From positions 329,798-380,519 of the IMG/VR virus record IMGVR_UViG_3300031992_004563: a stretch of 50,722 bases of DNA; one strand, given 5' to 3'. The notes beneath the pieces were generated by a model that had not been told where the DNA came from, made no database searches, and saw only the letters and a list, made by a program, of their open reading frames with translations. Every line of letters starts with the position of its first letter. The stretch's first letter is position 1. Source of the stretch: a virus. Its lineage: Duplodnaviria; Heunggongvirae; Uroviricota; Caudoviricetes. Of this stretch, positions 11,528 to 23,893 are shown in pieces. The translations under genes were made by a program, and so were the position numbers.

Positions 11528-12952
11528 ATGAAAAAAGAAACTATTGAAAAATTATTTAAAAGATATATTAGCATTTTTGATGATGTTGTTAATTAGACAA
11601 CAGGCACACATTTAGATCAAACTATAGTAAATGAAATAAATTCTGAGGTTGATTTATTATTTAAAGAATATGAACAAATGAGCAATTTAACAGAATTTAA
11701 TTCATTTTCTGAAAAAATTCAAAATATTATTAATAAAGTTCTTAAAGAATCTAAACTACTTAATAAAGCATTTATAGAAAAGGAATTACAAAAAAGATTT
11801 AATCTATTTGAAAGTAATCCATTTGTTTATATTGAAAATGAAGTCAATAACACTATAAACAAAATTATTCCAAATACAAATGGTGATTACTATATTCCTG
11901 CAAATCCTTATTTAGAATCTATAACACGTAAAGGCTATAATATTATATTTAGATCTAATAAAATTAAAGAACATATAGATAAAGTAAGTGCAAAATATAA
12001 AACTGAAAGGGATTTAATAATTAAGGAAAATGAACAATTATATGCAGTATCAGTAACAAAAGCATTACAAGAACTTAATGATTATCCTATTCAATTCTGT
12101 AAAGAAACATTTGAAAAATATTTCTATGATAAATGGGATAGTAAATTATTAGTATTGCCAAACAGCATAAAAAATTATATTCTTATAGATGCTATTAATC
12201 TCGGATTAAAACCTCATACAGAAGAATATGAGAAAGCGGTAGATTTAATATTTACATCTAAAGAACAATTTAGACATAGCATTGCAACTACTAAATGGGA
12301 TTATTTAAATGATCTTAAATATAATTTTATTAATAAAAATTTGGTATCCAGAGTAGAAATTATTAATTTATTCATACAAAGTTGGGAATCATTAATTTTT
12401 AAAAATGAAAATTTATCAAAAAACATTAAAAATGATTTGTTAAGAAAATATAGTATTATATTTAATAACATTGATAAAATTTCAGATACATCTATTATTA
12501 GATTTTATGTGTTTATGAATAATTTTAATGGTGGTGGGTCCTATAAATTATTAGACAGATTTGTAGAATCACTTGCAGATAATTCATATTTAACAATGAT
12601 TGCTAACTTAGTAAATATAGAATTAACACTATTAATAAATGAATTAGAAACTATTAAATTTGATAAAGAACAAGGCGGATTTATTTCAAATGAAAAGAAG
12701 TATTCTAATATAATTAATGAATATTATAAAATATTTGGTGATACTAAATCTTCTAATGATAAAGAAAACTTTTTCGGGGTATCTGATGATAAATCATTAA
12801 CTAAAGAAGAAAATGAACAAGTAACTAAACAATTAATTAAAACTAATATTTTATATTCATTAGTTGAAACATTTAATAAACACTATAAATTTAAATATAT
12901 GTTTGAAAATATTAAATCAAAAGTCAAAAATATTATAAAAATTAAAAAGTAA
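11528..12952 (+). CDS. 474-aa hypothetical protein
   Basis: ATG 11528 is in frame with ORF 11678..12952 through one TAG; TATAAATA at 11265-11272 upstream. Confidence 0.75.
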
Positions 12953-12957
12953 AATTT

Positions 12958-13431
12958 ATGGATATTACAGGAATTTTTAGTGAAGCTTTTTGGTACATTG
13001 CTCCTATCCTTGTTACAATGACTACTTTCTTAGCAGGTCTTTTTAATCAAGGCGTAGTAGAAAAATTTGTTCCAGAACAACATCGCGGTTGGTTAAAACA
13101 ACTTGTTGCTTGGGTATTTGGTGCAGGTCTTTCTGTAGCAGCATGGGGACTTAAGGTTATTACATTTGGTAATCCAGTATGGCTTGGTGTAATTGCACTT
13201 TGTGTTGTAGTTGGTTTATCTTCAAATGGTGTTTATGATGTACAATTCATTCGTAATTGGATTGATACATGGTTTAAACCGGCAGCTGCACTTTTAAATT
13301 TAAATAAAGAAGATGCAGAAACAATTGAAAAAGATTTTGTAGAAGCAGTTGCAACAAATAAGTCAGTTGAAGAAAAACCACTCAAAGTTAAACGAGTAAG
13401 AAAAACAGAGCCAGAAAATACCAAGGCTTAA
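12958..13431 (+). CDS. Multi-pass membrane protein, holin-like
   Basis: 3-4 hydrophobic segments, a VGLSSNGVYD motif as in small phage holins, and a charged C-tail. Confidence 0.5.
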   Translation: MDITGIFSEAFWYIAPILVTMTTFLAGLFNQGVVEKFVPEQHRGWLKQLVAWVFGAGLSVAAWGLKVITFGNPVWLGVIALCVVVGLSSNGVYDVQFIRNWIDTWFKPAAALLNLNKEDAETIEKDFVEAVATNKSVEEKPLKVKRVRKTEPENTKA

Positions 13432-13437
13432 ATTAAT

Positions 13438-13467
13438 AAAAGGAATGGTAAATAAACCATTCCTTTT
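13438..13467. terminator. Bidirectional intrinsic terminator
   Basis: AAAAGGAATGG-taaataaa-CCATTCCTTTT between convergent genes. Confidence 0.8.
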
Positions 13468-13532
13468 ATTTTGCATACATGCATGCATGTATACATGTAT
13501 ATTATATTATAATATTGTTTACACGTGTAGAG

Positions 13533-14240
13533 TTATTCTATTTCTTTAAGTTTATCTAAAACATGTGGAATAATTGGATTCCTAACACAATCTTCAGCTG
13601 TGAATTCAACAGTTCCAATTTTTTCATCATCTTTAAATATATTTAATGCTTTCTATAATATAGAAGTTTTTCTATTTTTAAGATCTATCTAATCTACATC
13701 TCCCATTATAACATATTTGCTATTCTTACCAATACGAGTAATGATTGATTTAAAAACTGACATTGTTAAATTTTGACATTCATCTAATATAACAAATTGG
13801 TTATCTATATTAATTCCTCGTATATATGCTAATGGCTGAACTTTTATTTTTCCTTCAGTTAATAATTTCTTTCTCATTGATTCACCAATTAACTTATCGA
13901 TATTTCCAGTGTAACTTAATATAAAAGGCTCGAGTTTCTCTTGAGCGTTTCCTGGAAGATAACCAACGTCCTCTCCTGGAAGAGGAGTAACAGATTTAAC
14001 TAATGTGATTCCATCAAATTGATTTTTTTCAAGATACTTAAGGCCTTGCCATAAAGCTAAATATGTTTTTCCACAACCAGCTGGGCCTACACATATTGAA
14101 ATTTCTGATGAATTAATAGAATTTAAAAATTCCTTCTGTCGAGAATTCATACATTTAATCTGTTTAACATGTAATTTCTTTTCATCCTCAACATACTCAA
14201 GCTACTGCTTGGTGTTTTTAATTTTCTTAGTTCTACTCAT
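13533..14240 (-). CDS. phoH: PhoH-like ATPase, 235 aa
   Basis: GPAGCGKT Walker A, YIRGINIDN, ILDECQN and GDVD[TAG]ID (family motif GDxxQxD). Read through 3 TAG from ATG 14240 to TAA 13533. Confidence 0.92.
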
Positions 14241-14407
14241 ACTTAATATAAAAATTTTAATATTAATTGATTGTCACTACAATCAATTTTAATTAATAAT
14301 TCTAAATTCTTTATATTTATTTTATTTGGCATTTTATTTGGCCAAATTACCATTTCTTGTGCGAAAAAACTATATTTATGTGAATAAATATAATATATAA
14401 AACAAAT

Positions 14408-14601
14408 AAAACCACGTAAGAACAAATAGGTTCTTGCAACTGGTTTTAGATGTTTAGATTTAATGATTTTTATTTTAAGTTTTAAGTTTATTTAAGTATT
14501 AAGTTTTTTAGTTATTTTAAATTTTTAAGCATTAAACATTTTTAAGATTATTTAGTAAAATTATTAGATCGAAATTTATAAAAATTAAATTATATTTTAC
14601 A
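14408..14601 (+). promoter_or_regulatory. gp32 5' leader: hairpin plus unstructured T-rich tract, putative autogenous translational operator
   Basis: Stem-loop 14408-14447, then about 150 nt with only 4 C and about 6 TTAAG repeats. Analogous to the T4 gene 32 operator. Confidence 0.45.
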
Positions 14602-15765
14602 ATGCAAACGTTAGATGATTTTTTTAACATGTCAAAACCAGTTGTTCAAGAACAACAATCAGCTCCATTGACGGAGTTTAGACCTAACCCTAAAAAGGGT
14701 CAAAATGGAGTATTTGAAGCAGTAGTTCGCTTCCTTCCAAATCCAAAGGATCCAGCAAACAAATCTATTATTACAAAGTATTATGCTTATATTGAGCATC
14801 CTACTACACAAGTAAAGAAAAATATTGATTGCCCATCTACTGTAGGACAACCTGATCCAATTCAAAATACTTTCTTTGCTCTTCGTAATGCTGCAAATCC
14901 TGTTCTTCAAGAAAATTCAAAACAATTTTCTCGTAAACAACAATCAGTATCACTTATTCAAGTAATTTCTTGTAAATCTGATCCAAGTCTTGTAAATAAG
15001 ATTTTGGTTTGGAAATATGGTGTTAAGATTTTGGAAAAACTTAATCAAGAAATGAATCCACCTATGGGTGAAGGACATAATCCATTTAATCTTTTCACTG
15101 GACGTCCATTTAGTGTTCAAGTAAAAGAGGTTAGTGGTTTCCCAAATTATGATGCATGTCAATTTTTTGATTTACCAGTTGAGCAATCAGGTATGCGTAT
15201 CACCGTAAATAATGCACAAGGCCAACCACAAGTTGCTGTAGTAACAACTGCAACAATTGCAACTGAACAAGGAAAGGCAGCAGTATTTAATTATCTTAAG
15301 GAAAACGCACCTGATACTGATAAATATGAATTCCATCCTTGGACAACAGAAGATACAGAATTTGTAAATGAATGTATTCGCATTTATTCAAATCCTCAAG
15401 CTTCTATCCAAGCAAGAGCTGCCGCAGCAAATCCTGGTATGACACAAGTTGCTACTCAGCCAATGGCTGCACAAACAGCTGCTCAACCAGTACAAGTTCA
15501 ACAACCTATGCCAATGGCAGGTGATGGTTTTAATACTTTAGGTGTTGGTAATATTGGTGCAATGCCTCAAGCAGCTCCACAAATTCCACAAATTCCTACA
15601 ATGGGTTTAGATAATGCAGGTGTTGCTCCAGCAACTTCAGCAGGATTCCAACCTACAAATATTCCTGATGTAGATGCATTATTAAATCAAGGCCAAGCTG
15701 AAAAGAAAGAAGCTCCAGCAATGCCTTTAGATTTAAATGATGTATTGAGTGGACAAATATTATAA
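14602..15765 (+). CDS. gp32: Single-stranded DNA-binding protein (T4 gp32-like)
   Basis: AVVRFLP, IDCPST.G..DPI, ILVWKYG.KI.EK and F.PNYD...F motifs; low-complexity C-tail. Confidence 0.88.
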   Translation: MQTLDDFFNMSKPVVQEQQSAPLTEFRPNPKKGQNGVFEAVVRFLPNPKDPANKSIITKYYAYIEHPTTQVKKNIDCPSTVGQPDPIQNTFFALRNAANPVLQENSKQFSRKQQSVSLIQVISCKSDPSLVNKILVWKYGVKILEKLNQEMNPPMGEGHNPFNLFTGRPFSVQVKEVSGFPNYDACQFFDLPVEQSGMRITVNNAQGQPQVAVVTTATIATEQGKAAVFNYLKENAPDTDKYEFHPWTTEDTEFVNECIRIYSNPQASIQARAAAANPGMTQVATQPMAAQTAAQPVQVQQPMPMAGDGFNTLGVGNIGAMPQAAPQIPQIPTMGLDNAGVAPATSAGFQPTNIPDVDALLNQGQAEKKEAPAMPLDLNDVLSGQIL

Positions 15766-15807
15766 TTATGATAATTAAACTATCATAAGTAAATCCTCCT
15801 ATTTAAG

Positions 15808-15843
15808 AATGGTTCTAGATTTTTTCTAGAACCATTTATTTTT
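15808..15843 (+). terminator. Intrinsic terminator
   Basis: AATGGTTCTAGA-ttttt-TCTAGAACCATT followed by a T-rich tail. Confidence 0.8.
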
Positions 15844-15876
15844 AATAAATATATTGAAAATATATGTTTATATTAT

Positions 15877-17832
15877 ATGATAAATTTTATTCCTGATGAA
15901 GAAATTAGAAATGATTTAAAAATATTAAATGGTGCACCAGATGTTCAAACAAAACGTGAAATTGGTGCAAAATATGGGTTATCTCCAAAAGAATGTACAC
16001 AATGGAAGCATGTTGCACAAAAAATATATGAATATTTAAGAACTGTTAGAAATTAGAAAACAGACTTCACAAAATAGGATGTTTCTGATTTTTATCATTT
16101 AACAGATGATGCTCAAAAATATGATAAAATATATCCATTTTTATTATTAGAATCAAGAGCATTTATTGAATATCTATTAAATCATATATACGCATATTTA
16201 ATTGCTAAAGGAGTTAAACAATATACATTAGATCATATTGACACTGTTAGATTAACCCGTGACATATATGGCAGCGCTGCAAATTTATTTCATCTTGAAA
16301 GATACAAATCAATTAAAAAGTATTATGATGAGCATTATGGCCATAAATAGTCATAGGCTCAAAGTAATAACAAATTATCTATTGAATTATAGGGGTTATT
16401 CATAGAAGAAACATATGAACAAAGAATGCAGCTCGAGCAGATTTTAGAAAATTTTATTAATGAATGTTATGATACTTATGTTTATGGAAGTTCTGAATAT
16501 ATAAAAATTTATAAATTAATGAATTCATATATTGAAGAGCGTGATAAATTAAGTGGTGGAAAATATCGTCCAAGATTACATGAATAGTTGCCGCCTGAAG
16601 TTATTAAGCTTAATGGATATATTAATGAATTACATTTATTATTATATACATATAGATATTTTTCACCAGATTGTTCTGCAACAACGCATATAACAAAAGA
16701 AAATAGAATAGAAAAATCAATTGAATATTTTAATAAAGTTTTTGATAAAGCTCTTAATAAAAGTGTTATTAATAAAATTATTTCATCAAATGATTTAACT
16801 GATATAAATGATATAAAAATTAGTGAATTATAGAAATCTGATTTTGGATATTATTTTATTATTTCATATAATGATAATAAAATATATCTTAATTTTGGTT
16901 TGCAACATGAAAATCAAAATATTGATAACATGGATGATCTTATTAAAAATTCAAGACATGTGCAACATTTAAATTACACAACATTAATATACGAAATAAA
17001 AGTTACATCCAAATTATATAAGAAAAAAATAAATGAATCATTTGATTTTAATAGTTTAAATGAGAATGAAATTCATTTAAATATTGATGATTTTAATTTT
17101 AATGATGAAAATCATAACGCAGATTCAAATATCATTGATGATGAAGATGTCATTAAAACACATATAGATTTTTGGAATTAGTTTGTTGATTTAGGTCTTC
17201 CTTCAGGCACATTATGGTGCAAATATAATTTAGGTGCAAAAATTGAGAAAATTGATTATAAAGATTGGCTGGGTGATTATGTTCAATGGGGTGATATAAT
17301 TCCAAATACTGCCAAAAAAACAGGATATTCATATGTATGGACAACATACAAACATTCAAGAGGAGCAACAAATATGTTAAAAAAATATATTACTGATACA
17401 GATTATAGCGCAAAAAATCCAGATAATAATTATCATCCATACTTAGATAATTTAACAAATCTTCTTCCAGAAGATGACATTGCAACATAGGAACTTGGCG
17501 AATATTTTCATATTCCAACTAAAGAATAGTATGATGAATTACTAAAAAATACAGAAACTTCATGGAAAATCAATTACCAAGGAGTTAAATGGCTAGATGG
17601 CAGAATTTTTAAAAGTAAAATAAATGGTAATGAAATATTTTTCCCGGCAGCAGGTGTTAGAAAAGAATTAAATTTAAATGGGTCTGGTGATATAGGTGAA
17701 TATTGGACATCATCATTAGATGAAGCATGTAATTCATTAGCTCATGTCTTTCATTTTAAAGATGGAAGCTATTTTATAGGAACTGATCCACGAGCACTTG
17801 GACATAATATAAGACCAGTATTTAATAAATAA
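15877..17832 (+). CDS. 651-aa protein with C-terminal Fib_succ_major-like (C-type-lectin-fold) domain
   Basis: One frame, ATG 15877 to TAA 17832, with 10 TAG, joining track ORFs 16588..16833 and 16900..17181. C-terminal domain has VDLGLPSGTLWCKYNLGA, FFPAAG, YWTSS and NIRPV. Confidence 0.82.
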
Positions 17833-17833
17833 T

Positions 17834-18655
17834 ATGAATATGAAAAATTATAATAAACATATATTAGAAGCTGTTCATAAAGGTATATAGTTGGCATTAG
17901 ATGACTATAATGATAATGAAGATATTATTTATACATCAACAATGCCAGATATTGCTGGAAATGATAATATGATAGAAGATACTATAGATTTTTATGTGAA
18001 TAAAGTTGATTTAGGACTTCCATCTAGAACATTATGGTGCAAATATAATGTTGGTGTTAATATGCATGAATTAAATGATGCTGAAGATTGGGGTGGCAAT
18101 TATTATGCATGGGGCGAAATATACCCAAAAAGATCATATGGATTTTTTAATTATGAATATTCTAAGTATAATGAAAATCAAACCGAAGACGATTTAGATG
18201 TATTAACTAAATATTGTAGTGATTTCAATTTTAGTCATGATATGACAACAGACAATTTAGTTGAATTGGAAAGAAGTGATATGCCAATAAAATTAAAATT
18301 ACGTAAAGGTGACAATATAAACAAATATTCAATGCCGACTTATGATCAATATAATGAATTAATAAAATATACAACATCTAAATATGTTAAAAATTATAAT
18401 GGAATTATTGGATTAAATGGAAAATTATTCACTAGTAAAATAAACAAAAAATCTATATTTTTCCCAGCTGTTGGATATATGAATGATAATGAACTTCATT
18501 ATGATGCAATGCAGGGTGGTTATTGGACATCTACTGTAGTTAAAGGCATGGATGTATGTGCATGGACATTTTAGATACATAAAAAATCAGATACATTAAT
18601 AGAAAATAGTAGAGTTGTTGGATTTCCAATACGATTAATATATAATCAAAAATAA
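17834..18655 (+). CDS. Leader + Fib_succ_major-like domain protein, 273 aa
   Basis: MNMKNYNKHILEAVHKGI*LALDD leader; VDLGLPSRTLWCKYNVG, FFPAVG, YWTST, FPIRL; 2 TAG. Confidence 0.85.
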
Positions 18656-18715
18656 ACAAAAATAAAAAACAAAGTTCTCTTCCAATATTATAATAATTAA
18701 CCAAATTATTTAAAA

Positions 18716-19873
18716 ATGGAAGAGAATTTTAATTTTAATTTAGATACATCAAGCTTAACAGCTGCAAATATATCTCAAGAACAATTTGAGGATGGAATTC
18801 AAGAAAAAGTTCAAATAATTCTTGATAAAACATTTCCAGAAACAAAACAAAAAAGAGTCATTAGAAAAGAATTAACAGGCATAAAATTTGCTTGTCCAAT
18901 TTGTCATGATTCTGCATATGATCCAAATAAAAAACGTGGTCATATTGCATTTAGAGGAAAACATGCAGGTTTATACACATGTTTTAATAACTGTGGGTCA
19001 ATGCCACTTAAAAGATTTTTTAAATATTTTGGAACAGATTTATCTCTTACAGATATTAATTACATTTCAACTAATTATACAAATCCTGAAGCAAATTCTC
19101 AAGAATTCACAAATAATTTAACATCAAATGTTATTAATAAAGAGGAAGCGTATAAATGGGCTATTGATAGAAATTATATTAGAGATATTCTTGGATTACT
19201 TGATATTGGACGAGAAACCACGCCAACAGCATGGAATTATTTGATTAATAGATGTCAATATACAAATCATAATAGATTCTTATATAGTGACAAATATAAT
19301 CAAATTCTTATTTTGAATTTAGTTGATGATAGAGTTCTTGGAATGCAAATTAGAAATTTATCACCAAAACCAGGACAAGCTAAATATTTGACAATGAATA
19401 TTGAAAAAATGAGAGCTGCAATGCTTGGTGATAAAAATCCAGTTCCTGAAACTATTTCAAAATTATCATGTGTATTTAATATATTTAATGTTGATTTTTC
19501 AAAAACATCATTTAAACCAATATTTGTTACTGAGGGTCCATTTGATGCATTTCTTCTTCCAAATGCAATAGCATTATCCGGTGCAGGAAAAAACTTTGCA
19601 ATGCAATTTCCATTTTGGTATGTTTTTGATAGTGATGATACTGGTAATGAACATTCAATTGAGAAATTAAGACAAGGCTATAATGTTTTCTTATGGAAAA
19701 AATTCTTAAATGATTATAAAATTCCAGATATTAATCCTTATATATCTTCTGGTAATAAACGAAAATGGGATATTACTGATGTTAAAAAGTATTTTAGAGA
19801 TTTAAAAATGAATCCAAAAATATTTTGGAGCCAATATTTCTCAAACAATATGTTAGACGCATTAAATATTTAA
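18716..19873 (+). CDS. gp61: DNA primase (T4 gp61-like)
   Basis: Zn-binding FACPICHDS...CFNNCG; TOPRIM motifs VTEGPFDA and FDSDDTG. Confidence 0.9.
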   Translation: MEENFNFNLDTSSLTAANISQEQFEDGIQEKVQIILDKTFPETKQKRVIRKELTGIKFACPICHDSAYDPNKKRGHIAFRGKHAGLYTCFNNCGSMPLKRFFKYFGTDLSLTDINYISTNYTNPEANSQEFTNNLTSNVINKEEAYKWAIDRNYIRDILGLLDIGRETTPTAWNYLINRCQYTNHNRFLYSDKYNQILILNLVDDRVLGMQIRNLSPKPGQAKYLTMNIEKMRAAMLGDKNPVPETISKLSCVFNIFNVDFSKTSFKPIFVTEGPFDAFLLPNAIALSGAGKNFAMQFPFWYVFDSDDTGNEHSIEKLRQGYNVFLWKKFLNDYKIPDINPYISSGNKRKWDITDVKKYFRDLKMNPKIFWSQYFSNNMLDALNI

Positions 19874-19908
19874 ATGGAACAAACAAAAATGGTTGTTCCA
19901 TTTATTTT
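19872..19908 (+). terminator. Intrinsic terminator
   Basis: AAATGGAACAA...TTGTTCCATTT followed by a T-run. Confidence 0.7.
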
Positions 19909-19924
19909 TTGTATTTAATAATAA

Positions 19925-19932
19925 AATAAATA
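19925..19932 (+). promoter_or_regulatory. Putative late promoter (AATAAATA, T4 TATAAATA-like) upstream of the tail sheath gene
   Basis: The same WATAAATA motif precedes most TAG-containing transcription units (see findings). Confidence 0.5.
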
Positions 19933-20024
19933 ATAAAAGTATATTTGCATTGTAGTGTTAAATGTATTTTTGGTAAACGAATAACTAAATAAATATAAAA
20001 ATAAAAAATTATAAATTTAATAAT

Positions 20025-23000
20025 ATGGGTAAAATTAGTTTAGATTTAAATTCTTTTAAAGCTGCCGGAATTTATACTCTAGAAGTTGACAACACTGCCA
20101 GAATGGCAGATGCCGATGTTGATTCTTTACGCATGTTAGTTGGTTTCTCTAATAAAGGGCCTTTCAACCGTCCTGTTTTATTGGAAGAAGATGCTGACAG
20201 ACTTCGTGTATTCGGTGATATTGATACTAAATTAGAGCATAAAGGATGTTTCTTTAACAGAATGTTAAGAACCTTATTGTCAAATGGCCCTGTTATTGCA
20301 CTTAACTTATTGGATGTATCTACAGCCAATTCTGGTCCTGACCAAGTCAATCTTGCCGTATTATCAATGGATGCTGCTACAGCCAATCCAGCTGTTAGTG
20401 ACCCAGAAAAATATGGTGAATATGACTATTTAGCAGATTCTATAGATAGAATTATTTATGGAACAGTTAAAGGTGATAACCTTCCTTATGTTGGTAAAGC
20501 ACCATATGCTAGTGTATTTAATAGATCACGTTTCTGGGTTCCAGATAAAGAATTGTTAACAGCCGAAGCTGCTCGTAATTTAGGAAAATCAGAAAATGTT
20601 TCATAGTTCTCTTTTGAAACTGCAAACTTACTTAACTTTGCAAATGTTGGTACTGAGGAAATTTCTATCTTAGTATTTAAACCGGCTAGCATGCCAGGTT
20701 ATGAAGTAACTGCTGAGTCTTGGTTTGGCGGTAAAGAAAATATTCCATTTGGTTGGATTCGTCCATATGATAATATTTCTGATTACTTCCTTCAAGTAGT
20801 TTGTGTTAAGGGTAACTGGACAAATTATCCAGTTCTTTCTACAGACCCAGTATGGAAAGGCTACTTCGATAAAAAAGGTATTAAGAAGAATAGAGTTAAC
20901 CAATTCATGAGTGCAGAAGGCATTACGGTTTTAGGTTCATGGACAGGATGTATTATTCCTGACTTTACTGATAAACAAGGCAATATGCTTAACCTTGAAA
21001 AGAAAGTTAATGCCGCTACTGAAAGAACAGGTTTGTTAATGTCATTCAATAATGATTTAGCAAATGTATTAACATATGACTATTCAGGTGCAAATGCAAC
21101 TTCTAGCGATCCAGATTCTGGATGTTGGGGATTAGACATTGATAGCAATGGTGAAGTTGAAGATTTAAATGATAAAGCTGAATACATTGTTGATATGGTT
21201 GGACATGGTGCATTTGTTCAAAAAGATGAATAGAAACAAAAGTGGGATTTTATTAGTCGCGCATGTACATTTGTAGATGTTAGTTCACATACTTATGCAT
21301 GGAGTAATTCTAGAAAGAAATATACTGAAGCAAAAGTTAATTTATTTGGATTAATTAAAGATACATCTGTTGAAGATGTTTCAATATATACAAGTAATGC
21401 TATTCCTGGTCCTGATAATACTAGCGTTGCAGATCCTGCTGCAGTTTGTCATGGCAAATATATTCCAGCCGTAAATGATTTCATTAAGCCTGGTCCACTC
21501 GATACAAGTGTTAAACTTACTAAAGCTAATGCTGGTGAATTAGTAAATCATGTATATTATGAAATATCACAGTCTGGAACAATTGGAAATGCACGTAATT
21601 TATATTTAGATGTTGAATATGTAAATATTAGTGAAAATGTTGTAGATACAAGTGCATACTTTATTTTAGATAATTCTACATTCTGTTTAAATTATACATT
21701 AAACACTTCAACATTTGGAACAGAAGATACTTACATTGAATCTATTGGTGTATGTCCAAATTTATTTGTATTAGATCAATCTGCACAAGCAATTGCTCCA
21801 TATTATGGTATTAACTTCTTATCATATAACTATGTTGCAAATGCATCTGATGGTGTTAATGAAACTATTTCATCTGTTAAATATTTCAGTGATCCAACTC
21901 TCTGGGTTGATGAAATACCAGTATCTGATGATACAAAGAATATATTCATTATTACAGATGCTTCACAATGGACAGATGCTAAAGTTAAACTTGGTGATTA
22001 TGTTCATAATATCACATATAATAATGTTCCTGGTGAAACTGAAGAATATCAACTTATTCCAGGTTTGTCAAGAGTAATTAGAAAACAATTTGTTCAAGTT
22101 AACAATGGTGAAATTACTTACCAAGGTAAAACATTTAAATATGATGGCGCATATGATCAAGCATCATAGAAATTCTGTTTAGTTGTATGTACATCACCAG
22201 TTCTTATTGAACAAGTTGATAATAAAGATGTTATTACACGTCAATTACCAATTTCAGATGATAAAATTTCTGGTTCTTTAAGATTCATTCCTATGAAGGG
22301 TCTTACAATTACTTCTCGTCACCGTCCAGGTTATAAAGAAGATGGTCAACCAGATATTGAAAAAGGTATTGAAAAAGTATATGGTGTATTAAATGACGAA
22401 GGCATCAAACGTGGATTGATGAATGATGCAATGGTTAACTTCCGTTATATCATTGACTCAATGTCCTATGGTTTAGATGCAGAACTTGGTGGTAAACGCT
22501 GGTTATCAATTACTGCGATGGATCGTCAAAAATGTACTGCAATTCTTAACTTACCATCAGCAAAACAATTTGCTGTAAGTTCAAATCCATATTTCTGCAA
22601 TACATATAATCCTGGACAAGAAGCTCGCCCATCAATGAATACTAAATATATTCCTCTTGGTGGTAACACTGAAATGGGTTCAACAGTTGTATTTAGTCTT
22701 CCTTCAGAAGAAGATGGTGCTAAATTTACTGCATGCTTCTGGCCACACTTATTATACAAAGAAAATGGTAAAGAAATTGTAGTTCCACCAGCAGCTGATG
22801 TAGCTAACGTATTGAATCGTAAATTCAATGGTCTTAATGATCCATATGCAATTAGTGCAAACCAAAATGGTATCTTATCAAGTAGATATCTTGCAGGTCT
22901 TGAATTCTTAGCCGATAAAACAGATCGTGAATATCTTGAACCATTTGGTGTTAATACAATCATTAAAGATCAAGGTTCTATAATGATTTATGGTAACCAA

Positions 23001-23339
23001 ACAGCTTATCAAGCAATGAAGTCAGACTTTAACAAACTTCATGTACGTGAAAATCTTAATACAGCTGAGATTGAATGTGAGAAAGTTCTTAAGAAATATA
23101 ACTTCTTATATAACACTCCTGCAACTCGTGCTAATATTGTTCAACAACTTACACCAATTCTTCAAGCAATGCAAATTGCAGGTGCATTAGTTAAATATGA
23201 CATTATTTGTGATGAAACTAATAACACCCCTGAAGTTATCGAAGCCGATACCTGTGTAGTTGAGATCAATCTTTGGATGAACCACGGTATGGAGAAAATT
23301 GTACAAGTTTATACACTTCAACGTTTGTCAGATCAATAA
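20025..23339 (+). CDS. gp18: Tail sheath protein (gp18-like), 1104 aa
   Basis: One frame through TAG at 20604, 21231 and 22167. N-terminal AAGIYTLEVD and LVGFSNKGPFNRPV; C-terminal PPAADVA, LEPFGVNTI, IYGNQT, LHVRE and YDIICDETNNTPEVI. Confidence 0.92.
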
Positions 23340-23356
23340 TTCTAACAAACATAATA

Positions 23357-23391
23357 AAAAAAGAGAATCAATGAAAATTGGTTCTCTTTTT
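23357..23391 (+). terminator. Intrinsic terminator, copy 1 of a 29-bp direct repeat
   Basis: AAAAGAGAATCAA-tgaaaa-TTGGTTCTCTTTTT. Confidence 0.8.
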
Positions 23392-23402
23392 ATTTTTTAA
23401 TT

Positions 23403-23460
23403 AACTTCTATTTTTTCATTTAAATAAAAAATATTAATTTTGCATTGAATTTTAAAATAA
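23403..23460 (+). promoter_or_regulatory. Putative early promoter, Bacteroidetes primary-sigma type
   Basis: TAATTTTG at 23435-23442 matches the TAnnTTTG -7 element; the whole ~58-bp block is conserved with 47000-47058. Confidence 0.65.
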
Positions 23461-23469
23461 GTTTTTATT

Positions 23470-23886
23470 ATGAAAAAAGAACAATTAGATTTAAATCAAT
23501 TAAAACCTAAAATTTTTAGTGATAAAGTAGCTGTTGTTAATATCCATAAAAGAGTTGGTAAACATAAATTTGTTGATATAGGGTATGGTTATTTTCCAGT
23601 AGTGGTGTTATATGTCGATGATGGACCTGATATGGGTGATTGCACAACAATTAGTGTTGTTGTTACTGGAAATTCTATTAAACCTTTATTTGATGTTATA
23701 CGACAAATTGAAAAAGAATATGGTAAGGTTGATGTAATTTCAAGTAGTATGGGCGATTGGTCATATCATCAATGGATATATAGAGATAATAAAGGAGGTT
23801 TTTCAAATAAAGGTCCAAAAAAGTCTGATGGCCAGCGTAAACTTAAATATTTACAAGCAGAACATCTTAATAACACAATAAAATAA
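23470..23886 (+). CDS. Hypothetical protein (early)
   Basis: Intact TAG-free ORF right after the early promoter. Confidence 0.75.
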   Translation: MKKEQLDLNQLKPKIFSDKVAVVNIHKRVGKHKFVDIGYGYFPVVVLYVDDGPDMGDCTTISVVVTGNSIKPLFDVIRQIEKEYGKVDVISSSMGDWSYHQWIYRDNKGGFSNKGPKKSDGQRKLKYLQAEHLNNTIK

Positions 23887-23893
23887 TTAAATT

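Noticed and set aside
14243-14425. 60-aa minus-strand ORF upstream of phoH
   Set aside because: Overlaps promoter-like motifs of two divergent units and has no recognisable features; at most a 36-aa ORF from ATG 14353
19941-19948. TATATTTG matching TAnnTTTG upstream of the tail sheath
   Set aside because: Lacks the conserved flanking block of the two early promoters; single 8-mer in very AT-rich DNA
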